Source: a virus
Lineage: Duplodnaviria; Caudoviricetes
Virus record (IMG/VR): IMGVR_UViG_3300031990_000014
Location: 1-42,707 of that record
Reading direction: 5' to 3' (one strand)
Length of the DNA stretch: 42,707 bases
This document shows, in pieces, positions 27,586-35,260 of the stretch; positions within the stretch are counted from its first letter, which is position 1, and each line of letters starts with the position of its first letter. The translations under genes were made by a program, and so were the position numbers. The notes below the pieces were generated by a model. It was not told the origin of the DNA and did no database searches. It worked only from the letters and a program-made list of their open reading frames with translations.

Positions 27586-27939
27586 TCACTCGCCCAGCAG
27601 CGTATTGCGGCCCAGCGTGAGGCTGGTCGGGGGCACCCCGGCAGGGCCGGTCAGCAGTGTGCCAGACATGCCTTGGCCATCACGCGCCCGAGTGTCGCGC
27701 AGGAACTGCGCCACGTCCGGCGTGCGCCGCTCCGCCTGCTGCTGGGCAGCGACAGCACCCTCCAGCACCGAACGCTGCTGGGCAGCCTGCTTCTGCATGG
27801 CGCGCTCGGCCCGGCGCTGCTGCTCGGGCGCCCGGATTGCCTGCACGACAGTGGCGCCCGCCCCTAAGATGCTCGCAACGGTCGCGGTGGCCTTGATCGC
27901 CGGCATCGCGGCTGCAATCAACGGTGCGACCAAAGCCAC
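27586..27939 (-). CDS. Small virion-associated protein upstream of the portal
   Basis: C-terminal GTLLTGPAGV...LGRNTLLG motif typical of this gene position. Confidence 0.75.
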   Translation of the reverse strand: MALVAPLIAAAMPAIKATATVASILGAGATVVQAIRAPEQQRRAERAMQKQAAQQRSVLEGAVAAQQQAERRTPDVAQFLRDTRARDGQGMSGTLLTGPAGVPPTSLTLGRNTLLGE

Positions 27940-27942
27940 GGC

Positions 27943-28431
27943 TCACCCCCTAAGGCGCTTAATGTGCGCCCGCTCGACCATAGCGTAGCCCAATTGCTGA
28001 ACCAACTCCCCAACCCTCGCGCCTGACCCACGCACCAGGTCCGACACCACCACCGCCGACGCACCACCCTCGCGGCCCCACGCCTCGGCCGCCCGCAGTA
28101 GCCGGACGCCAGCAGCCGACCCACGGTGCCGCTCATGCACCCACCAGCCACACACGGTGACCACGCGCGACCGGGGCGCCGCCCACGGCGCTGTCACCTG
28201 AGCGTAGAGCCCGCCCGCCAGCGCGGCGGCTCCATGCCGCGCCACCAGCAGCAAGTGGTCACTCGGGGCCAGCATCGTGTCCGGCGTCATCGTCAGCCCG
28301 CGCAGCGCCTCACGTGTCGCCGGGACGTCGAGCGGCAGGTACTCGCCCAGCCCCGAGTGCGCGTGGTACGGCGCCGCCATCTCGAGCAGCGCGTCAACAT
28401 CACCCGGCCCAGCACGCTCGATGCGCATCAC
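27943..28431 (-). CDS. GNAT-family acetyltransferase
   Basis: WWVHERHRGSAAGVRLLRAAEAWGREGGA acetyl-CoA-binding motif A; LGY near the C-terminus. Confidence 0.85.
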   Translation of the reverse strand: MMRIERAGPGDVDALLEMAAPYHAHSGLGEYLPLDVPATREALRGLTMTPDTMLAPSDHLLLVARHGAAALAGGLYAQVTAPWAAPRSRVVTVCGWWVHERHRGSAAGVRLLRAAEAWGREGGASAVVVSDLVRGSGARVGELVQQLGYAMVERAHIKRLRG

Positions 28432-29972
28432 ATCACCCGGGATAGCGGGTCATAGTCGCGCCGCGCATGCGGCATCGTCGCAGGCCGGGGCCCCACGATG
28501 TTCGGCACCTGCACCGGGTGGGCGAACGTCAGCGCCAGCGCGTCCGCCGCGTCCGGGCTTGCCTGCCCGCGCCTCTTCATGTCCTCCTTGCGCTCGAGCT
28601 GCAGCCGGTTGTCCACCGTGTAGGTGTACTCCGGCGCCGTCAGCTCGGACGCCAGCGCCTCGTCCGCCGGCATGGACCCGATGGCAAGCCACTCGCGCAT
28701 CCGCGCCCACATCTCGGCCCGGAGGTTGGCGTAGGCGCGCGGCTGCGATGCCCGGCTGCCGAAGTTGACCTCGAGCGGCCGGTAGCCCAGCGCGCGCAGG
28801 CGGTCGACCACACCACCGCCCACGCCACCGCCATCCACGAACAGCACGACGTCCGCGCCCACGCGCCGGAGCTCGTTGACATGCTCGCCCACACGCGCCG
28901 CCAGCTGCTGCGTGTCCACGCCGCGCAACGTCACGCGCGGATGCGACACGCCATCACGCCCGACCCTGGTGTAGATCACGCTCGCATCATCGCCGTACCG
29001 CGCCACGTCGACGCCCACCAGCACCTGCGCGCCGGCAATCGTGCCCACCGCCGGCCGGCGGCCCATGGCCCCGTCGACGAGCTCGCGCGCGATGAACTGC
29101 ATCGACGAGGCGCTGGGGAACACGCCCCGCACGCGCACGCGCACGAAGTCGCTGTCTTCGCCCTCGTCCGCCACCCACTGCGCCAGGCGGTCCTTGTTGG
29201 TGATGGCCACGGTCCGCGAGTCAATCTGCCGGGTGATCCACCGATGCCGACGCGCGCCGAAACACTCAGCGAAGCGCCCTGTGTTACGCGTCGGGTTGCC
29301 GAACACGAACCACATCGGCTCGCCGTCGGTGGTGCCGCCCTCGGCGACCTCCCAGATCTTGTCGGGCACCGCGCTCGCCTCGTCGAACGCGTAGAACGGC
29401 GTCGACGTCGCCGCGTGCAGCCCGGCGAACGCCTCGGAGTTTTCCTCGCGGCAGGTCTGGGCGTCGCAGCGCCACGCGTCCGGTTGCTGCCGGTGCCGCA
29501 TGCTCATCGCGCCGCGCCCGGTGGTGATGTCCCACCAGTGCGCCGTGATGGACAGCCGCGCCCAGCGCGATATCTCGGCCCACGTCTTGGTCGCGAGCTG
29601 CTCGCTTGTGTTAGCCGTGACCACGCCGCGCGCGTGCGGCCGGGTGCTCATGATCCAGCCGACCAGCCACGCCGTGAGCGTGGACTTGCCGATGCCGTGG
29701 CCGCTCGCGACTGCCATCTGCAGCGCGGGCACGGGCGCGCGGCCGTCGAACCCGCGCCGCCGCACCTCGGCCCCGACGGTATCGAGGTACTCGCAGGCCC
29801 ACGCGTCGGGGCCGTGCTTGCAGGGGTAGCGCGACGCCCACGGCTCGGACAGGCGCACCAGCTGCAGCCCGGGGTCGGTGTCCCACGGGTAGGCGTACAT
29901 CACCCAGCCGAGCGGGTCGTCGTAGTAGCGCGCCATGTCGGCGGCTAGGTCCGCCTCGGTCAGGCGGGCCAC
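28428..29972 (-). CDS. terL: Terminase large subunit
   Basis: Walker A SGHGIGKS, Walker B FDEAS, FGNPTR, nuclease GVDVARYGDD and SPDAADALALTFA. Likely GTG start at 29972. Confidence 0.95.
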   Translation of the reverse strand: MARLTEADLAADMARYYDDPLGWVMYAYPWDTDPGLQLVRLSEPWASRYPCKHGPDAWACEYLDTVGAEVRRRGFDGRAPVPALQMAVASGHGIGKSTLTAWLVGWIMSTRPHARGVVTANTSEQLATKTWAEISRWARLSITAHWWDITTGRGAMSMRHRQQPDAWRCDAQTCREENSEAFAGLHAATSTPFYAFDEASAVPDKIWEVAEGGTTDGEPMWFVFGNPTRNTGRFAECFGARRHRWITRQIDSRTVAITNKDRLAQWVADEGEDSDFVRVRVRGVFPSASSMQFIARELVDGAMGRRPAVGTIAGAQVLVGVDVARYGDDASVIYTRVGRDGVSHPRVTLRGVDTQQLAARVGEHVNELRRVGADVVLFVDGGGVGGGVVDRLRALGYRPLEVNFGSRASQPRAYANLRAEMWARMREWLAIGSMPADEALASELTAPEYTYTVDNRLQLERKEDMKRRGQASPDAADALALTFAHPVQVPNIVGPRPATMPHARRDYDPLSRVM

Positions 29973-30181
29973 GGGGTGCGCCCCTCCGCGCGGAGCTCGT
30001 CCGCCACCTCGGCGCGGTAGCGCTCCAGCAAGGCCAGCGCCCACGGCGTCAGCAGCCGCACCGGGTGCGCGCGGAGCCCGCCTCCGGCAGCTAGCTCCAG
30101 CCGTAGGCCGCCTGACCGCAGCGACGACAGCACCTGCGCGCCGGTGAGGCCGGCCATCCAGTCTCGGGGCGCGCGGCTCAT
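29960..30181 (-). CDS. Hypothetical protein (73 aa)
   Basis: Fills the gap between terS and terL with overlaps on both sides. Confidence 0.6.
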   Translation of the reverse strand: MSRAPRDWMAGLTGAQVLSSLRSGGLRLELAAGGGLRAHPVRLLTPWALALLERYRAEVADELRAEGRTPWPA

Positions 30182-30921
30182 GCCGTCGTCTCGGCCGCCA
30201 GCACTCGGCCGGATGCCGCCTCGCGGGCGTCGATGCGGGCGAGCTTGGCAACCGCTCGCGCCTCGCGCAGGGCGCGGCGTGCGGTGCGGAGCGTGTCGCG
30301 TGCCCGGGCGGCCGCCTCGGCGCGCTCTGTGGACTGTGGCTCGGCGGCGGCTCGCTCATCAGCCCGGGCTGCCCGCTTGTCGGCCTGCCGGGCGCGCAGC
30401 TCCAGCGTGGTGACTCGCTCAAGCGCGACGCGGGCCGCCTGGTCGAGTCTGCCCGCCACCAGCACCGCCCTGGGGGCGAGCTGCGGGCGCGTAGCTGGTG
30501 CAGGCAGCGCCTCGGGGCCGGCCGGCGTGGCAGCGCGCCCGCGCGCCGCCAGGATTGCAGCCGACACGTCGACGCCGACCGAGTGCTCGATGCGCTCGCG
30601 GTAGCGCTCGGGCCGCGCGCCCTTGAGGAGGAAAATCGTCAGCAGGTCACTGTAGTCGCGCACGCTGGTGAGCTGGCCGCCGACCATCACCTGGCGCTCG
30701 ACGCCCTCGTAGGCCCGGCGGATCGCCTCATCCTCGAGCGAGTCCAGGCCGATGGCGCGCGCCTGGTCCCACTCGGCGGCGAAGGCCTGATTGTCCCGGC
30801 GCCACATATAGGCGGTCTGCCGGGTGATGCCGACCGCCTGGCACGCGCGGTCGACCCGACCGGCCCCGCTGGCCAGTGCCGCGCAGAACGCGGCCATTTT
30901 CTCCGGAGTCATTTTTGCCAT
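30178..30921 (-). CDS. terS: Terminase small subunit with long C-terminal extension
   Basis: HTH ACQAVGITRQTAYMWRRD, FAAEWDQA, LEDEAIRRAYEGV, YSDLLTIFLLKG. Confidence 0.85.
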   Translation of the reverse strand: MAKMTPEKMAAFCAALASGAGRVDRACQAVGITRQTAYMWRRDNQAFAAEWDQARAIGLDSLEDEAIRRAYEGVERQVMVGGQLTSVRDYSDLLTIFLLKGARPERYRERIEHSVGVDVSAAILAARGRAATPAGPEALPAPATRPQLAPRAVLVAGRLDQAARVALERVTTLELRARQADKRAARADERAAAEPQSTERAEAAARARDTLRTARRALREARAVAKLARIDAREAASGRVLAAETTA

Positions 30922-30934
30922 CGTAACCCCTTGA

Positions 30935-31168
30935 TTAGAAAGGCTCCAGCTCCCTAACGACTTCATCCCACCCGTATATGTCGGGGCGCAGCACGTGACG
31001 GCTGACGCCCGTGAGTTGCTCCACTCTCTCCACCTGCCTGCCCGGGACGCGCTGCCACTCGTGGACTGTGGGGCGACTCAGGCCTAGCAGCGCCGCCAGC
31101 CTGCCGCGCGACCCCACCACGGCCACGGCCATCCTGAGTCCGTCGTCATCGATTACTCGCCTCGTCAC
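30935..31168 (-). CDS. Cro/YdaS-like HTH regulator
   Basis: GSRGRLAALLGLSRPTVHEW...VSRHVLRPDIYG. Confidence 0.85.
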   Translation of the reverse strand: MTRRVIDDDGLRMAVAVVGSRGRLAALLGLSRPTVHEWQRVPGRQVERVEQLTGVSRHVLRPDIYGWDEVVRELEPF

Positions 31169-31442
31169 CGCTGCGCCCCGGGAGTCTGCCCGACCTAACT
31201 ATAGCCGTCATCAATCGCCGTCGCTTGTATCCTCGAGCGTCCACCCGTCGATCGTGCCGCCGGTGATCAGTTCGATGCGCATTTCCAGGCGGTTTTTACG
31301 TCGCGTCACCGGGCGCAGTGTGCGTTCGATTTCCGCCCACGGGTCGAGCAGCAGCTTGTAGGTCGGCGCGAACAGCCCGACGGGGCGGCCATCGATGGCG
31401 CCGCCCGGGCATAGGAAATCTTCCCGAGATGCCGGATTTATA

Positions 31443-31471
31443 TGTACAGACAAGCATCCGCCGTCTATATT
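31443..31471 (+). promoter_or_regulatory. Sigma70-like promoter inside an imperfect inverted repeat (31431-31488)
   Basis: TGTACA-N17-TATATT in an AT-rich patch upstream of the 31520 RBS. Confidence 0.55.
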
Positions 31472-31519
31472 TGTCCATACAAACCGGCGCCGTGCCGGAG
31501 ACGCAAGAGGAGAACGAAC

Positions 31520-31891
31520 ATGAACGGATACATGTACATGCGCGACATCATCGACGTCCTGACTGCGGTCGCCGGGACGTGGGTTCCGGCCACCACCGCC
31601 ACCGTGGACGCTAACGGGAGCCTCGCCAACCGAGACGAAGGCTTTGCGGCGGTCGACCACCTCGTGGAAGAGCTTGCAGACCCTGACCCGGAGGTGAAGT
31701 ACCACCTCCGCCACATAGACGAGGCCGAGGCGCTGGCCGCCGTGGCCCGCGCCGTGGACGCCGACCCTTTCGCCGGCTGGGCCGACGTGCCAGCAGGGAC
31801 CCAGTGGGTCCGGCTGTCGCTCTACCGCGAGGCCTCCGGCAGCCGCGCGGGGAGCCTCGACCAGTACTACTGGCCGGAGGGCGGCTGGTAA
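31520..31891 (+). CDS. Hypothetical acidic protein (123 aa)
   Basis: RBS GAGGAG then ATG at 31520. Confidence 0.75.
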   Translation: MNGYMYMRDIIDVLTAVAGTWVPATTATVDANGSLANRDEGFAAVDHLVEELADPDPEVKYHLRHIDEAEALAAVARAVDADPFAGWADVPAGTQWVRLSLYREASGSRAGSLDQYYWPEGGW

Positions 31892-31959
31892 GCCGCCCCT
31901 CCCACCCCCATCACCCACGGCCCCGGCAATCCCGCCGGGGACCACTGAGGAGCGCCACC

Positions 31960-32391
31960 ATGACCACACCGAGAAGCGCAGTACTGGCCGGCGCCCACGC
32001 CGCCATCGCCGGGACGCCCGACGCGGCGGAGCTTGCACGCCGCCAGCGCGTAGCCGCCGCTACGGTCCGCTGGACCGCCATCCTCGAAGCGGCGCAAGCC
32101 GCCAAGGAACCCACCTCGCGGGAGACGTGGCTGCTGGCCGCTGCCGGGCATTGGCTCGCAGCGTCAGCCGCCCACGCCGCCGGGGACCGCCGTCGCGCCC
32201 GGGCGGTGGCCGAGCTGGCGCGCGACGCCGAGCACGGTGCCTCGCCCGAGGGGGCGCTGCTTGGCTCCATTTTCGGCACCGGGCCGCGGCCGGACCCCGA
32301 GGCGGTGGCCGCTGGCCGCGCCGCCGACCCGGCCGATGTGGCCCGGCATCGCGGCGCCATGCGGGTCGCCTACCCGGCGGGCCGCCGGTGA
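31960..32391 (+). CDS. Hypothetical Ala-rich protein (143 aa)
   Basis: RBS GAGGAG then ATG at 31960. Confidence 0.7.
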   Translation: MTTPRSAVLAGAHAAIAGTPDAAELARRQRVAAATVRWTAILEAAQAAKEPTSRETWLLAAAGHWLAASAAHAAGDRRRARAVAELARDAEHGASPEGALLGSIFGTGPRPDPEAVAAGRAADPADVARHRGAMRVAYPAGRR

Positions 32392-32798
32392 GCGCCTCGG
32401 ATGCCGTACGGCGGGCCGAGGATGCTCTGCGCATCCCACGCGCCGAGCTGCGGCGCGCGCTCATCGCGCTGGCCGGCGCGGGCGTGCCGCTGGCAGCGGC
32501 GGCCGAGCTCGCCGACGAGGCGCTGCTGGTGCTGCCGAGCCTTGGCCGCAAGCGGATGGCCTACCTGCGCGAGTACGTGCAGGCGGTCCAATCTGCCGGG
32601 GCGGCGGTGCGCCGCGCCCGGGCCGAGTGGCCGGGCTTGGACTGGCGGCCGGCGGTGGTGCCGCGCGGAGTGCCGGCGGCGGTCGCGATCACCCCCGAGG
32701 GGTGGGATGCCGCTGGCGACCAAGGTGACGGGGTGTGCCGCTGGCGGTTGCTCGAGGCGCCGCGCTGCCTGCTGGACGTCATCGGCCTGTCCGGGTAG
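32388..32798 (+). CDS. Hypothetical protein with RNA polymerase alpha-CTD-like HhH segment
   Basis: GTGA overlap with the upstream gene; DEALLVLPSLGRKRMAYLRE. Confidence 0.55.
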   Translation: MSASDAVRRAEDALRIPRAELRRALIALAGAGVPLAAAAELADEALLVLPSLGRKRMAYLREYVQAVQSAGAAVRRARAEWPGLDWRPAVVPRGVPAAVAITPEGWDAAGDQGDGVCRWRLLEAPRCLLDVIGLSG

Positions 32799-32825
32799 GC
32801 TGGCCACGTCTCCGTTTCCTCCGTT

Positions 32826-32853
32826 GCGCCGGCTCGCCCCCGGCGCTTTTTTT
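32826..32853 (+). terminator. Rho-independent terminator
   Basis: GCGCCGG-7 nt loop-CCGGCGC followed by T7. Confidence 0.85.
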
Positions 32854-32903
32854 GCCTGCGCGGCCGCCCGGCAGAGGCCGGCGGCGCTGGGCGCAGTACA
32901 GCT

Positions 32904-34292
32904 TCATTGCGCCACCCCCAGCCCATCCATCACGGCTTCGATGAAGGCTTGCGCGACTGGCGCGACAAGGGCATTGCCGTAGGCGCGGAGTCTTCCTACT
33001 CTCGACCCGCCCACCTCTTCAGTGCGCTGATGCGCCCCCACTCCTGCGCACACTGGGCAGAACATATTGAATTCCTCCTCCGGGGCGCTTCGAACACCTT
33101 TTCGCACACTTTGCAGGTCGGCGTTGGCTGGACGAAAGGGCGGTGATGAGCGACGTGGCACTTTCGGCAGAGAATCTCGACGTTTTCCAGCGAATTGTTC
33201 ATCGGGTTCTCGTCTTTGTGGTGACGCTCCAGTTTTGTGCTCGCCCCGCAACGATTGCACGAGGTCGCGGCAAATCGGTATTGCGCTTGATAGCGCCCTC
33301 TCTCGGGCGTGGTCGGAGTCACAGTTATCGACAGACCGTAGCATTTCATTGAGCAAAACCGCCTGCGCGCGTAGTCCTTCATACCCACTAGGGAAATTCC
33401 GCACTGTTCGCAATTTTTCATAACTCACCGTCTCCGTGTTGCAGACGGCGCAAGTATACACCAATCTGCTGGCAGCCCCATGAGCCAGCGGGAATGTGCC
33501 GGGTTCAACTGGCCGCGCCCTTCCGTCTCTACATGGGATCCAGTCAGCGGAAGCCCAATGGCCAGGGTCGCCACACGGGGCAGCTGGTCCAGGCGGCTGC
33601 GCATGCTCCCATCCGGATTCGCCCCCGTTGTCGCCATGCCGGGGGAGTCCTTCCAGTCCCGCGCAGCCGGCGTCGGCCAGCCCGCCGCCCGCGCAGCGTC
33701 CGTCAGCGTCATGCCGCTGTGGCGTCCGCTGAGCGTCGAGTAGTTCGCGGCCCCACTCGAGGCTCCGTCCTGTCGTGTCGGCGTCGGCCAGCCGCTCAGC
33801 GACGAACCAGACTCGGCTACGGCCGTGCGGAGCGCCGACCATGAGAGCCGGTATATCGACCGCCCCGCAGGCGTATCCAGCCGTTTCCAGGTCGTCGAAT
33901 ACAAGGTCCAGCCAGCCGTGCCTTGTGGCTGCGGAAACCTGCTCGCCAAATACGACTGCAGGGCGACACTCAGCAATGAGGCGCGACCAGGCTGGCCAGA
34001 GGTGGCGCGGGTCGGACTTGCCCATTCCCCGCCCGGCGCCGGAGAAAGGCTGGCAAGGGCAAGAGCCGGTCCAAATGCGTCGGCTGTCTGCCCAACCAGC
34101 AAGGCGCAGGGCGAGGGACCATCCGCCGATGCCGGCGAAGAAATGGCACTGCGTGAATCCATCGAGGTCATGCGCCGTCACCTCCTCAATGCTGCGAGTA
34201 TCGACATACCCATCGGCAATGTGCCCTGCCGCAATCAGGTTCCGCAGCCATTGTGCTGCGTAAGGCTCGTTCTCGTTGTAGTAGGCGGTCAT
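32904..34292 (-). CDS. C5 cytosine DNA methyltransferase, main polypeptide
   Basis: FFAGIGGW (I), GSCPCQPFS (IV), FGEQV (VI), GAPHGRSRVWFVA (VIII), RLRAYGNALV (X). Confidence 0.9.
   Translation of the reverse strand: MTAYYNENEPYAAQWLRNLIAAGHIADGYVDTRSIEEVTAHDLDGFTQCHFFAGIGGWSLALRLAGWADSRRIWTGSCPCQPFSGAGRGMGKSDPRHLWPAWSRLIAECRPAVVFGEQVSAATRHGWLDLVFDDLETAGYACGAVDIPALMVGAPHGRSRVWFVAERLADADTTGRSLEWGRELLDAQRTPQRHDADGRCAGGGLADAGCAGLEGLPRHGDNGGESGWEHAQPPGPAAPCGDPGHWASADWIPCRDGRARPVEPGTFPLAHGAASRLVYTCAVCNTETVSYEKLRTVRNFPSGYEGLRAQAVLLNEMLRSVDNCDSDHARERALSSAIPICRDLVQSLRGEHKTGASPQRREPDEQFAGKRRDSLPKVPRRSSPPFRPANADLQSVRKGVRSAPEEEFNMFCPVCAGVGAHQRTEEVGGSRVGRLRAYGNALVAPVAQAFIEAVMDGLGVAQ
32996..33421 (-). 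CDS. HNH endonuclease with Zn-ribbon motifs, nested in the MTase gene
   Basis: CNRCG...HHKDENPMNNSLENVEILCRKCHVAHH plus CEQC, FCSMKC, CKVC and CSAQC; region is less GC-rich. Confidence 0.85.
   Translation of the reverse strand: MKNCEQCGISLVGMKDYARRRFCSMKCYGLSITVTPTTPERGRYQAQYRFAATSCNRCGASTKLERHHKDENPMNNSLENVEILCRKCHVAHHRPFVQPTPTCKVCEKVFEAPRRRNSICSAQCAQEWGRISALKRWAGRE
33425..34171 (-). CDS. Overlapping alternate-frame MTase subunit (TRD/motif IX part)
   Basis: Two GWPTP repeats, RLDQLPRVA and GQLNPAHSRWLMGLP (motif-IX-like), in a different frame inside the MTase ORF. Confidence 0.75.
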   Translation of the reverse strand: MTSMDSRSAISSPASADGPSPCALLVGQTADAFGPALALASLSPAPGGEWASPTRATSGQPGRASLLSVALQSYLASRFPQPQGTAGWTLYSTTWKRLDTPAGRSIYRLSWSALRTAVAESGSSLSGWPTPTRQDGASSGAANYSTLSGRHSGMTLTDAARAAGWPTPAARDWKDSPGMATTGANPDGSMRSRLDQLPRVATLAIGLPLTGSHVETEGRGQLNPAHSRWLMGLPADWCILAPSATRRR

Positions 34293-34465
34293 TTATCGTT
34301 TCCGCAATTCGCGCAGCGCCTGCTCCAGATAATGCGATAGGCCAGCGTAATGCGCGCTTTGAGTTCCTCGATTCTGTCAGCTGCGTCGTTGGCCAGTGAC
34401 ATGTCGTCGTGCTGATGGCGCGCGAGCTGGCGCAGCTGCGCGATGAGGGTGTCGTCGTTGGTCAT
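34289..34465 (-). CDS. Hypothetical protein (58 aa)
   Basis: RBS AGGAG; DAADRIEEL motif common in small phage proteins. Confidence 0.65.
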   Translation of the reverse strand: MTNDDTLIAQLRQLARHQHDDMSLANDAADRIEELKARITLAYRIIWSRRCANCGNDK

Positions 34466-34588
34466 GGATGACTCCTGGTGGATGGTCTTCATCCAGAGCC
34501 CGCCAGAGCCGCTGCACCACCGACCCGGTAGGTCCGCCAGGGCCAACCGCTCCGAGCGCCGCAGCGGCCACGAGACGAAGCCGAGGCG

Positions 34589-35260
34589 CTATCCCTGCCC
34601 ATCATCCTCCCCCTTGCCTCCCTGAAGAACCCGCATCACCGACCGCAGCGCCTCCCGGCGGTCCCGGATCAGCGGCGTGCCCGGAGGCGGCTCCGGCAGA
34701 TGCCGCTCGACCGGGACGCCAGGCACACCCTCCGGCTTGCCATCCGCGCCGATGAGCACGTGCGGCTCCTGCAACTGGCCGTGCGCAATCCTCGATGCGT
34801 TCTCGGCCCCGATTGGCAGCGGCGCCGGCAATGCGTCCGCGTTAAGGTAGAGCGTCGCAAAGTCCCGCGCGGCGAATGGCAGGGCCGTTTCCTGCAGCAC
34901 GCACAGCCGCGACCAGCCGCCCATCGAATTGATGGCCGCGTGAATGCGGCGATCGCCACAGTCAGGCGTGGCCATGTAACCGACGTGCCGAATCGCTTTC
35001 ACCACACGCGACCAGGCAATGGCGGCGGCGTCGGCGTCCGACGGGCGAATCTTGCCGACGACGTGCGCCGGCGTGGGTGGGAATCGGCCTGCGTCCGGAT
35101 CGTCCATATGCGCCTGCAGTGCTGCTTCAACGGCGTCGAGTGGGTATTTCTGCAACACGCCGAACACCGCCCGCAGCACTGGCGCGGTGACCTCCTTCCC
35201 GTAAATCGTCTGGACTCCGGCCCACGTCTCGCAAAACCTGGCGAAATCATTGTCGTTCAT
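34589..35260 (-). CDS. DUF6475-like replication accessory protein
   Basis: GRFPPTPA, AWSRVVKAIRHVGY, INSMGGWSRLC; follows the initiator gene. Confidence 0.75.
   Translation of the reverse strand: MNDNDFARFCETWAGVQTIYGKEVTAPVLRAVFGVLQKYPLDAVEAALQAHMDDPDAGRFPPTPAHVVGKIRPSDADAAAIAWSRVVKAIRHVGYMATPDCGDRRIHAAINSMGGWSRLCVLQETALPFAARDFATLYLNADALPAPLPIGAENASRIAHGQLQEPHVLIGADGKPEGVPGVPVERHLPEPPPGTPLIRDRREALRSVMRVLQGGKGEDDGQG

Noticed and set aside
29973-30422. N-terminal 150 aa of the 664-aa terminase ORF
   Set aside because: It overlaps terS and the 73-aa gene and is low-complexity. The real start is probably GTG at 29972.
31211-31430. Possible small minus-strand gene (…PASREDFLCPGG…EDTSDGD)
   Set aside because: The 3' part looks protein-like, but I found no convincing start or RBS, so it is not called.
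33000-33465. Intein or group I intron in the MTase
   Set aside because: There is no C/S...HN-C/S/T intein signature in the MTase frame, the HNH is in a different frame, and there is little non-coding room for a ribozyme core.
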